DNA of 64,000 nt from positions 21,303 to 85,302 of the forward strand of contig CAYLSV010000002.1 of assembly GCA_964386435.1 (NCBI GenBank), given 5' to 3'. Below, one piece after another: positions 17,904 through 25,711 of this stretch; the stretch's first letter is position 1, and each line of letters begins with the position of its first letter. The position numbers were made by a program, and so were the translations under genes. Under the pieces are notes generated by a model. The model did not search any database. It saw nothing but the letters and a program-made list of their open reading frames with translations, and was not told where the DNA came from. Source of the stretch: an uncultured Tepidisphaerales bacterium (lineage in GTDB: Bacteria > Planctomycetota > Phycisphaerae > Tepidisphaerales > Tepidisphaeraceae).

Positions 17904-18920
17904 TTGCAGACCCTTGGCCACGGCATCGACTTGGTGGACGTCGCCCGCATCCGGCGACTGCTGGATCAGCACGGCGAACGCTTCGTCAACAAATGCTTCA
18001 CGCCCGGCGAGGCCGATTACTGCCGCGGCGGCGGGCGGCGGGACGTGGAGCGCTTCGCCGCACGCTTTGCGGCGAAGGAGGCGGCGCTCAAGGCTCTGGG
18101 CACCGGGCGGCGGGGCGAGATCGCGTGGACCGACATCGCCGTGGTCCGCGACGGTCTGGGCAAGCCGACGCTGCACGTCACCGGCGCGGCGGCCGAGCTG
18201 GCGGGGCGGCTGGGCGTGATGCGGTGGGACGTCTCGCTGTCGCACATCGAGACGCACGCCACCGCCAGCGTCATCGCGACAGGGTTGCCGCCGATCGGGC
18301 CGGGCCCGGACCCGGCGGCGTTCGACCTCACCGTCTACCGGCAACTGCTAAGCGGGCGGACCTACGCAGACCCCGACGCGTATCTCTTGGCGCTGACGGC
18401 CCACTGCTTGGCGTGGTGCGGGCGGTACAACGCGACGCCGCCGAACGCGGTGGCCGAGCGGGAGGTAATGTTGCGCCAACTGTTCGACCGCGTCGGCGAG
18501 CGGCCGGTTGTCATGCCGCCGTTTCGCTGCGACTTCGGCAGGCACATTTCCTTGGGCGACCGCGTCTACCTGAACGTCGGCTGCGTGCTGCTCGACTGCG
18601 GCCGGATCACGATCGGCGACGACGTCTTCCTCGGCCCCGGCGTGCACGTCTACACGCCGCACCACCCGCTCGATTCCGCGCACCGCCGCACCGGCGACGT
18701 AACGGCCCTGCCGGTCACGATCGAAAGCGCCACCTGGATCGGCGGCCACTCGACGATCCTCCCGGGCGTCACCATCGGCCAGGGCAGCACCGTCGGCGCC
18801 GGCAGCGTGGTGACGAAGGACGTGCCGCCGGGCGTCATCGCGGCCGGCAACCCCTGCCGCGTTCTACGACCGGTGGGGGAGGATTCGGGGACGACCTTTA
18901 CGGACGAACAACGTCGCTGA
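17904..18920 (+). CDS. Fusion protein: holo-ACP synthase (AcpS) plus Maa/LacA-type hexapeptide O-acetyltransferase
   Basis: The N-terminal half has GHGIDLVDV...FAAKEAALKALG...SLSH (4'-phosphopantetheinyl transferase). After a Pro/Gly linker come RYNATPP...PPFRCDFG...ITIGDDVFLGPGV...HPLD...WIGGHSTILPGVTIG...GNPCRV. TTG 17904 is the assumed start. Confidence 0.75.
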   Translation: MQTLGHGIDLVDVARIRRLLDQHGERFVNKCFTPGEADYCRGGGRRDVERFAARFAAKEAALKALGTGRRGEIAWTDIAVVRDGLGKPTLHVTGAAAELAGRLGVMRWDVSLSHIETHATASVIATGLPPIGPGPDPAAFDLTVYRQLLSGRTYADPDAYLLALTAHCLAWCGRYNATPPNAVAEREVMLRQLFDRVGERPVVMPPFRCDFGRHISLGDRVYLNVGCVLLDCGRITIGDDVFLGPGVHVYTPHHPLDSAHRRTGDVTALPVTIESATWIGGHSTILPGVTIGQGSTVGAGSVVTKDVPPGVIAAGNPCRVLRPVGEDSGTTFTDEQRR

Positions 18921-18922
18921 AA

Positions 18923-19011
18923 CCCCCACCGCTGCGTAGCAGCGGGGCTACGCACGCTGTCCGAGCGAATTGGTGATCGGGCGTAGCCCCGCTGCTACGC
19001 AGCGGTGGGGG
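18923..19011. repeat. Family-B perfect 31-nt inverted repeat (terminator-like)
   Basis: CCCCCACCGCTGCGTAGCAGCGGGGCTACGC (18923-18953), a 27-nt spacer, then the exact reverse complement (18981-19011). Lies between convergent genes. Confidence 0.85.
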
Positions 19012-19035
19012 CCTCAGCGATGTTGAATCGACAGC

Positions 19036-19392
19036 TCAAAGCGCTGGCAGCGTGATCTCCTGGCCGACGTTCATCGAGCCGGGTTGCACCCGCGGATTGG
19101 CCGCGGCGATATCTCGCCAGCGTTGGCCGTCGCCGAGTTCGCGCTCGGCGATGTTCCAGAACGTGTCGCCGCGCCGCACCACGTACGTCCGCGGCTGGCC
19201 CGCCGCCGGCTCCTCGAACTCGACGGGGATCAGCCCCTCGCCGGGCGTTTGCGTCAACAGCGGGTCCCGCGCCGGCAACGGCTGCGGCGCCGGCCCGACA
19301 TCAAGCACCGCCGGCTCACGCGGCGGCGGGGCATCCGAGGTGCAGCCGACAAGCACGGCGGCGATGCTGAGGAGGAAAATCAACCGGCCCAT
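19036..19392 (-). CDS. LysM domain lipoprotein
   Basis: Lipobox VLVGCT. C-terminal YVVRRGDTFWNIAE...GQEITLP LysM motif. Confidence 0.8.
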   Translation of the reverse strand: MGRLIFLLSIAAVLVGCTSDAPPPREPAVLDVGPAPQPLPARDPLLTQTPGEGLIPVEFEEPAAGQPRTYVVRRGDTFWNIAERELGDGQRWRDIAAANPRVQPGSMNVGQEITLPAL

Positions 19393-19422
19393 GAGGTGGT
19401 TTATCGGACGGAAGGGGCCGGG

Positions 19423-19591
19423 TTCTTTGTTCTTTGTTCTTGGTCATTTGTTGTTGGTCATTTGTTCTTCGTCCTTTGTCATTTGTTCTTTGTCATTGAT
19501 CCTCTGCCGTCCGTTCCCCGCCGACCTTGGTGACGGGTGATCGAGCGTCGGGACAAAGGACGAAGGACAAAGAACAAAGGACAAAGAACAA
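19423..19591. repeat. Heptad-word hairpin (TTCTTTG/TCATTTG block facing GGACAAA/GAACAAA block)
   Basis: 19423-19498 holds about 11 tandem heptamers of TYNTTKG type. 19551-19591 holds 6 heptamers GRACRAA that are their complements. Lies in a divergent intergenic region. Confidence 0.75.
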
Positions 19592-19616
19592 CTCGTCGCC
19601 CCCTACGCTCGCCGCC

Positions 19617-20513
19617 GTGGGGTCACTCGCTGCCTTTTACACGTTCGGGTTGATCCTGCTGCTCGTCGGGGCGGCGCTGGTGGTCATCGTGGTCCTCGGG
19701 CAGATGCGGCGGGTGTTGCGGCCGCCTCGGATGGACGACGCGCGGGCGCTGCGGACGCTGGGGCGACTCACGCCAGCGGACGTGGGGCTGCCGTGGGAGG
19801 CGACGACGTTCCGCCACGACGGCCTGGAGCTGGCGGCGTGGCGGGTCGATCTGGCCGACTGCGACCGCACCGTCGTCATCGTCCACGGCTACGCCGATGC
19901 CAAGGTTGGGGCGCTGGCGTGGGCACCGCTGTGGCGGGAGTTGGGCTACAACCTCTTGCTCGTCGACCTCCGCGGCCACGGCGACAGCGGCGGCGAGCAG
20001 ACAACCATTGGTGATCGTGAGCGGGACGATCTGGACGCCGTGCTCAACACCCTTCACGCCGAGCAACCGGGGCGGATGAAGCACGTCGCACTGTTCGGCA
20101 TCAGCTTGGGCGCGGTTTGCGTCGCGGCCTGTGCGGTTCGGCGGGATGACGTTGACCTGGTGGTGCTCGAATGCCCTTACGGCGACTTCGTGACGGCCGT
20201 GACCCGCCACGCGCAGCAGGCCGGGCTGCCGTTGATGGCGACGGTGCCGTGGAGCACCCGCCGTGCCCTGGCCGCCGCTGGCGTGGACGAGCCGAGCGTC
20301 CGGCCGACGAACACGATCCCGCAGATCAAGGCGAAGTTGCTGACCATCGCCGCCAGCGATGACGTCTACGCCAGCGACGCTGACCGCGACGCCCTGCGGG
20401 CCGCCACCGAACAAGCCGGCGGCCGGTTCGAGGTGTTCGACGCGCCGCACGTCATGGGGCTGTCGGTCGATCCGGAGCGCTATGCCGCGTTGCTGGCGGA
20501 GGTGGTGCGGTAA
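19617..20513 (+). CDS. Alpha/beta hydrolase with N-terminal TM anchor
   Basis: GTG 19617 is the assumed start. VVIVHGYAD, nucleophile elbow GISLG and late D/H residues. Confidence 0.75.
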   Translation: MGSLAAFYTFGLILLLVGAALVVIVVLGQMRRVLRPPRMDDARALRTLGRLTPADVGLPWEATTFRHDGLELAAWRVDLADCDRTVVIVHGYADAKVGALAWAPLWRELGYNLLLVDLRGHGDSGGEQTTIGDRERDDLDAVLNTLHAEQPGRMKHVALFGISLGAVCVAACAVRRDDVDLVVLECPYGDFVTAVTRHAQQAGLPLMATVPWSTRRALAAAGVDEPSVRPTNTIPQIKAKLLTIAASDDVYASDADRDALRAATEQAGGRFEVFDAPHVMGLSVDPERYAALLAEVVR

Positions 20514-20570
20514 CGGGGTCGGTCGTGCGTTGCCCACACCAGCGAACGCACGATGAGAAGTGCAGCAACT

Positions 20571-20617
20571 AACCACGGACAACGGACCACGGACTAAGAT
20601 CGGCCGTGGTCCACTTC
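20571..20617. repeat. Heptad-word stem-loop overlapping the start of the ABC permease gene
   Basis: AACCACG GACAACG GACCACG GACTAAG ATCGGCC GTGGTCC. The stem is GGACCACGG (20584-92) with CCGTGGTCC (20604-12), and the outer pair is GAAGTG/CACTTC. Confidence 0.5.
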
Positions 20618-21913
20618 ATGCTCGCCAACATTCGCCTGGGGCTCCGTAACCTGCTGCTGCACAAGCTGCGGTCGCTGCTGACGGCCCTGGGCATCATCTT
20701 CGGCGTCACGGCGGTGATCGTCATGGTCGCCATCGGGCAGGGGGCCAAGGAGCAGGCGCGGGCGGAGATGGATCGGTTGGGGCCGCGAAACATCGTCATC
20801 CGCAGCACGCTGCCGCCCGAGAGCACCGAGGCCGGCAACCAGAGCCGGATGTCGATCTACGGCCTGACGCGCGAGGATTTGGCGCGCCTCGAGACGGTGC
20901 CCGGCGTGCGGTACGTCGTGCCGATGCGCGACACCGGGCAGCCGGTGATCCGCGGCGACACGCGGGCCCCGACGGCCAACACGATCGCCACGACGCCGGA
21001 GCTGTTCGAGACGATCAACCTCGAGCTCGCCCGCGGCCAGTACTTCACGCAGGACCACTACGACAACGCCGCCGCCGTCGCCGTCATCGGGGCGGAGGTG
21101 GCCCGCAAGCTGTTCCCCTACGACGACCCGCTGGGGCAGGGCATCCGTTTGGGCAACGCCGACTCGGGCAGCGTGACGGTCACGATCGTCGGCGTGATGA
21201 AGCCGACCGGGCTGTCAGCCGGGAGTGACAAGCAGTCGATTATCGACCGCGACATCGACTCTGACGTCTACCTGCCGATGACGCTCTCGCGGACCGTGGT
21301 CGGCGACACGCTGTTCAAGCGGGAGCAGGGGGCGCTCAAGATCGAGAAGGTCGAGCTGACCGAGGTGTGGCTGCAGGCGAACTCGATCGAGACGGTCGAA
21401 AAGATCGCCGGCATTGCGGAGAAGGCGGTGAACCTGCCCGAGCGACAGGACGCGGTCTTGCAAGCCCCGATCCAGTTGCTCCGTGCTGCCGAGCGGCAGC
21501 AGGCGATCTTCAACTACATTATGGTCACAATCGCCTGCTTCAGCCTCGTGGTGGGCGGCATCGGGATCATGAACATCATGCTCGCCACCGTCACCGAGCG
21601 GACCAAGGAGATCGGCATCCGCCGCGCCTTGGGGGCCAAGCGGCGGCACATCACGCTGCAGTTTCTGATCGAAACCAGCGTCATCAGCCTCAGCGGCGGC
21701 CTGATGGGCGTGGCCTTGGGCACCGGCGGGGCGCTGCTGTTGCCGAAAATCACCGGCTTTTTTAGCGAGAACGCCGACTACACGACCAGCGTGACGACGT
21801 GGAGCGTCGTCGGCAGCTTCATCATCAGCGGCCTCATCGGCGTCGTCTTCGGCCTTTACCCGGCGATCAAAGCCGCCCACATGAGCCCCATCGAAGCGCT
21901 GCGGCACGACTGA
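20606..21913 (+). CDS. ABC transporter permease, MacB/FtsX family
   Basis: N-terminal TM (LRSLLTALGIIFGV), a large periplasmic domain and a C-terminal FtsX 3-TM module (ERTKEIGIRRALGA). An alternative ATG is at 20618. Confidence 0.85.
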   Translation: MVHFMLANIRLGLRNLLLHKLRSLLTALGIIFGVTAVIVMVAIGQGAKEQARAEMDRLGPRNIVIRSTLPPESTEAGNQSRMSIYGLTREDLARLETVPGVRYVVPMRDTGQPVIRGDTRAPTANTIATTPELFETINLELARGQYFTQDHYDNAAAVAVIGAEVARKLFPYDDPLGQGIRLGNADSGSVTVTIVGVMKPTGLSAGSDKQSIIDRDIDSDVYLPMTLSRTVVGDTLFKREQGALKIEKVELTEVWLQANSIETVEKIAGIAEKAVNLPERQDAVLQAPIQLLRAAERQQAIFNYIMVTIACFSLVVGGIGIMNIMLATVTERTKEIGIRRALGAKRRHITLQFLIETSVISLSGGLMGVALGTGGALLLPKITGFFSENADYTTSVTTWSVVGSFIISGLIGVVFGLYPAIKAAHMSPIEALRHD

Positions 21914-21932
21914 GGGCGTTTCACACGAAGTC

Positions 21933-21992
21933 AGGTAGCTGCGGTGCAACGCACCGCCGTCCGGACTGCAATGCGTTGCATCGCAGCTACCT
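21933..21992. mobile_element. 60-bp MITE-like member of family A with 9-bp target-site duplication
   Basis: Terminal inverted repeats AGGTAGCTGCG / CGCAGCTACCT. Flanked on both sides by the exact direct repeat CACGAAGTC (21924-21932 and 21993-22001). Confidence 0.7.
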
Positions 21993-22005
21993 CACGAAGT
22001 CCACT

Positions 22006-23472
22006 TCATCGGGAAGCGCGGTGGCGCAGGATTACCACACGCTGCCCTTCGCGATTTTCCACGATCAGGCGGGCACCGCGTTCCAAATCGGCGGCGTTCA
22101 GAAATTCCACGAACTCCTCGGCATCATCGATGTCGCGGCCGTCGAGCTCGAGGATCACGTCGTTGGGCAGCAACCCGCTGGCGGCGGCACTGGTGTTGCG
22201 GGTCAGGCCGGTGATCCGCACGCCGTCGCGGTCGCGGGTGTCGGTGATCGAGATGCCGAGGTCGCGCGGCCGGATCGCGGCGCGAGCCGGATCGAACGGG
22301 CGGGGCTGGCTGAGCGAGAGCAGGTTATCCGGCTGCTCGCCGAGGTTGACCTCGACCTCGCGGACCTCGCCACGCCGCCAGATCGTCAACTCCACCGGCT
22401 CGCCCGGCGGCAGATCGGCGATCTCGAACCGCAGCTCCCGGCTCGTCGCCGTCTCGACGCCCTCGACCGCCAGCACCACGTCGCCCGGTTGCAGCACGTC
22501 GCCGGTCGGGCCGTTGCGGTAGACCTCGGTCACGAGCACACCCGTCAGCTCGCCCGGCAAATCGAGTCGCGCACGCACCTCGACGTCGCCGGCGTCGCGT
22601 ATGCCCACGCCCAACCAGCCGCGGCGGACGCGGCCGTCGTCGCGGAGCTGTTCGTAGACGCGCCTGGCCAGCTCGCTGGGGATGGCGAAGCCGATGCCGT
22701 CGAACCCGCCGCTGCGGCTGGCGATGGCGCTGTTGATGCCCACGACCTCGCCGCGCAGATTCACCAGCGGCCCGCCAGAGTTGCCGGGGTTGATCGCGGC
22801 ATCGGTCTGGATGAACTGCTCATAACCGTTGGGCCCCAGGATGCCCGGTCCGCGACCACCCAGAGCGTCGGCGGTGCTGCGGCCGGTTGCGCTGACGATG
22901 CCGGCCGTCATCGATCCGACGTAGCCGAAGGGTGACCCGAAGGCCAAGACCCAATCGCCCTTGCCGAGCACCTCCGAATCACCCCAACGCGCCGGCACCA
23001 GCCGCCGGGCGGTGATCTCGACAACGGCGAGGTCTGTTTTCGGGTCGGCGGCGACCACGGTGCCGGGCAGCTCGCGGCCGTCGTAGAGCGTGATGTTCAC
23101 GCGGTTGGCGTTGTCGATCACGTGGTTGTTGGTCAGGATGATGCCGCGGTTGCCCTCGACGTCGAGGATCACGCCGCTGCCGTTGCCCATGCTCCGCATC
23201 CGCCCCTGCCGGCCGTCGACGGTGCGGCCGACGGTGATGTCGACCACGCTCGGCTCGACCGCGACGCTGACGGTGCGGAACACGTTCGACAGCTGGACGA
23301 CGCCCGCCATGTCGCGGTCGTTTTGTAGCAGATCGCGGGCTTCGTCGACGTCCTGGGCCAGCGCGAGGTGGGCCGAATTCAGCAGCAACGTGTTGCCGCC
23401 GACCACGGTGAGCGCCCCGGCACCGAAAACGGCACCGGCGATCATCCAACGCTTCAGGGCAGGGTGCATCAT
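22006..23472 (-). CDS. HtrA/DegP-family periplasmic serine protease with two PDZ domains
   Basis: ILTNNHV, DLAVV and GNSGGPLVNLRGEVVGINSAI catalytic triad context, followed by two PDZ-like segments. Confidence 0.9.
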   Translation of the reverse strand: MMHPALKRWMIAGAVFGAGALTVVGGNTLLLNSAHLALAQDVDEARDLLQNDRDMAGVVQLSNVFRTVSVAVEPSVVDITVGRTVDGRQGRMRSMGNGSGVILDVEGNRGIILTNNHVIDNANRVNITLYDGRELPGTVVAADPKTDLAVVEITARRLVPARWGDSEVLGKGDWVLAFGSPFGYVGSMTAGIVSATGRSTADALGGRGPGILGPNGYEQFIQTDAAINPGNSGGPLVNLRGEVVGINSAIASRSGGFDGIGFAIPSELARRVYEQLRDDGRVRRGWLGVGIRDAGDVEVRARLDLPGELTGVLVTEVYRNGPTGDVLQPGDVVLAVEGVETATSRELRFEIADLPPGEPVELTIWRRGEVREVEVNLGEQPDNLLSLSQPRPFDPARAAIRPRDLGISITDTRDRDGVRITGLTRNTSAAASGLLPNDVILELDGRDIDDAEEFVEFLNAADLERGARLIVENREGQRVVILRHRASR

Positions 23473-23491
23473 GGGTGAGTTCGTGAAAAGA

Positions 23492-24331
23492 TCAAAACAT
23501 GCCGAACGTTCTCAATTGCCGTGCCAGTTGCTCGGCCTCGCCTTCGAGCATCGGGTAGACGTGCTCGGCGGCTGGATACGCGGCCGTGGCAACCGCCTGT
23601 TGGTACGCCCGAATGATGGACTCGGTTTGCGCCAAGACACCCTCGCCGACCGCGTCGAGTTGCGGCACGAACCGCGGCGGGCCGTCGGTCAAACCGAGCA
23701 AGTCGGGCGTGACGACCACGTAACTTTCGCAGCCGGGTCCTGCTCCGCAGCCGATGACGGGGCACGTGACATGCTCCTGGATCGTGGCGGTCGCCTCGGG
23801 TGTCACGGCTTCCAGCAGCAACCCGGCAGCGCCGGCGGTCTCGAGGGCCTGGCAAAGTTTCAGCAAGTCGATTGCCTCCGCCGCGGTCCGCCCTGCGTAG
23901 CGGTGGCCGAAGCGTTGCACGCTTTGCGGCGTCAGCCCGACGTGCCCGATCACCGCCACCCCGGCCGCGGCGAGTTGTTCGATGAGCGGCAAATGAGCCG
24001 CCGTCACCTCCAGCTTCACCGCGTCGGCCGTCGTCTGCTTCACGCTCTGGCAGATTCGGTTCACCGCGTCCGGCCCGTGGTAGCTGCCGAACGCCATGTC
24101 GAGCACGAGGCAGGCCTCGGGGTGTCCTCGCCGCACGCCGCGGCAGAGTTCGTCGAGAAAATCCTGCGTCACCGGCAGCGTGTGGCGGTGCCCGAGCACC
24201 ACGTTCGCCGCCGAGTCGCCGATGAGCAGGTAATCGACGCCGCAACGGGCCAGCATCCGGGCCGTCAGCACGTCGTAGCAGGTGAGCATGGCCCGCGGCG
24301 GCGAGCCGTCCAGTTGACGCAACGTCGGCAC
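23492..24331 (-). CDS. panB: 3-methyl-2-oxobutanoate hydroxymethyltransferase
   Basis: MLTCYD, LIGDSAANVVLGH, DMAFGSY, VKLE and IGHVGLTPQS motifs. Confidence 0.92.
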   Translation of the reverse strand: MPTLRQLDGSPPRAMLTCYDVLTARMLARCGVDYLLIGDSAANVVLGHRHTLPVTQDFLDELCRGVRRGHPEACLVLDMAFGSYHGPDAVNRICQSVKQTTADAVKLEVTAAHLPLIEQLAAAGVAVIGHVGLTPQSVQRFGHRYAGRTAAEAIDLLKLCQALETAGAAGLLLEAVTPEATATIQEHVTCPVIGCGAGPGCESYVVVTPDLLGLTDGPPRFVPQLDAVGEGVLAQTESIIRAYQQAVATAAYPAAEHVYPMLEGEAEQLARQLRTFGMF

Positions 24332-24470
24332 GCCGCATGCTACGCCAAGGCGGCGGATCGGGCCCCGATTTGGCCCAGCGGCAGCACCGCGGTAGACTCG
24401 CCGCCCAAGCCACGGGTCGCCGACCGGCGGCCGCCCGCGTGGCGTTCCCCTGTCCCACCGCCGGGAGTGC

Positions 24471-25637
24471 GTGTTGAGCGCGTCGACGAACCCCCCAGCC
24501 GGCCATCATCGCCGGACCAGCCGACCGAGTTGGAACCGTTTGCGCCGCGCCTTGGCGATCGGAGCGCTGCTCGCCACCGGCGTCGCCGCCCCGGCGTCGG
24601 CCCAAAGCATCCAGCCGCTGCCCGGCAGCGTGCGGTCGAGCCCCAACAGCGGCTCGAGCCAGCAGGCGCTGCAGCAGTTCGTCCAGCAACGCGTCGCCGA
24701 ACTCACCAGCGGCGACCCTGTCGCCGTGGCCGCCGCCCGCGAGGCGATGCTCAACGAAATTACCGGCGGCGATCCCGGCTTCCTGTCGGCTTACGCCGCG
24801 GCCATGGAGAACCGCCTGCGGCCGGCGTTGAGCAGCGAGGATCTGCTCGCCAAGATCAACGCCGCCGTCGTCGTCGACCGCTTGGCCCGCGTCGCCGAGG
24901 GCACCGAGCTCACCAGCTCCGTCCGCACGCTCATCGAGGACGAAAATCCGATTGTCGTCCGGTGGGGCGTGACCGCGGCGAAGGGCATTTTGCCGACCGC
25001 GTTGACGGACGCACGGGCCGTGGGCCGCGACCGCCTCGTGCCGGCCATTGGCGACGCGGTGCAGAATCGGTTCCCGGACGATGCCGCCCTGGCTCAGTAT
25101 GCCTACGAAACGCTCGCCGAGGCGACGAACGATTTGGCGCAGCAGGACGGTGCCGAGCAGGGCGTGGGGCACGCCGCCGACGGGCTGCTGCGGGTGATGG
25201 AAACCCGGCTGCGGCAGTACCAGCAGACGCTGCCCGAGAGCACCAGGCCCGAGCAGGAGGCGATCCGGGTGCTGGGCCGTGCCCAAGTCGGTGAGGTGCT
25301 GCGGCAGCAGGGTCGCGAGCAGCGGGTGGTGCAGGCGCTGTCCGACTTGATCGCGCTGCTCTCCGCCCGCCGCCCCGAGGAAGACGCCCGGCCGCGGGCC
25401 GCGGAGATCAACCAGCTCATCGAGTTCTCGGCCCTGTCGCTTGCCGCCTTTACGTTCAAGGATGAGATCGTTGCCGAGGCGCAGACGGTCCGGTCCTCCA
25501 TGAGCACCGCCACCGGCCCGCAGCAGGTGCAGACGCTGGTCGAGCAGTTCCTCGCCCCGGTGCAAACGGCTTATCCCGACCTCCGCCAGCCCGGCGTGCT
25601 CCCGCAGGAGAGCACCGAGGCCGCGGTCGCGGAGTAG
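24471..25637 (+). CDS. Secreted alpha-helical repeat protein, unknown function
   Basis: Signal-like RRALAIGALLATGVAAPASAQS, then an Ala/Leu-rich helical repeat sequence. The start is uncertain. Confidence 0.5.
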   Translation: MLSASTNPPAGHHRRTSRPSWNRLRRALAIGALLATGVAAPASAQSIQPLPGSVRSSPNSGSSQQALQQFVQQRVAELTSGDPVAVAAAREAMLNEITGGDPGFLSAYAAAMENRLRPALSSEDLLAKINAAVVVDRLARVAEGTELTSSVRTLIEDENPIVVRWGVTAAKGILPTALTDARAVGRDRLVPAIGDAVQNRFPDDAALAQYAYETLAEATNDLAQQDGAEQGVGHAADGLLRVMETRLRQYQQTLPESTRPEQEAIRVLGRAQVGEVLRQQGREQRVVQALSDLIALLSARRPEEDARPRAAEINQLIEFSALSLAAFTFKDEIVAEAQTVRSSMSTATGPQQVQTLVEQFLAPVQTAYPDLRQPGVLPQESTEAAVAE

Positions 25638-25711
25638 GACTGCGGCCGCCCGTGATCCCCAAGCCCGCCATCTGTGGAACCACCGCGCACAGCGGATAAG
25701 CTACGCCGCCG

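Noticed and set aside
19423-19591. CRISPR array interpretation of the tandem and hairpin repeats (also at 63847-63948 and 61851-61917)
   Set aside because: The units are 7-21 nt and directly abutting, or form complementary arms. There are no 25-40-nt unique spacers and no cas genes in the window.
23090-25565. 734-aa (+) and 698-aa (-) ORFs overlapping HtrA, panB and the 24471 gene
   Set aside because: They overlap strongly supported genes on the opposite strand or in another frame. Their composition is Arg/Pro/Gly-rich, typical of off-frame translation of high-GC coding DNA.
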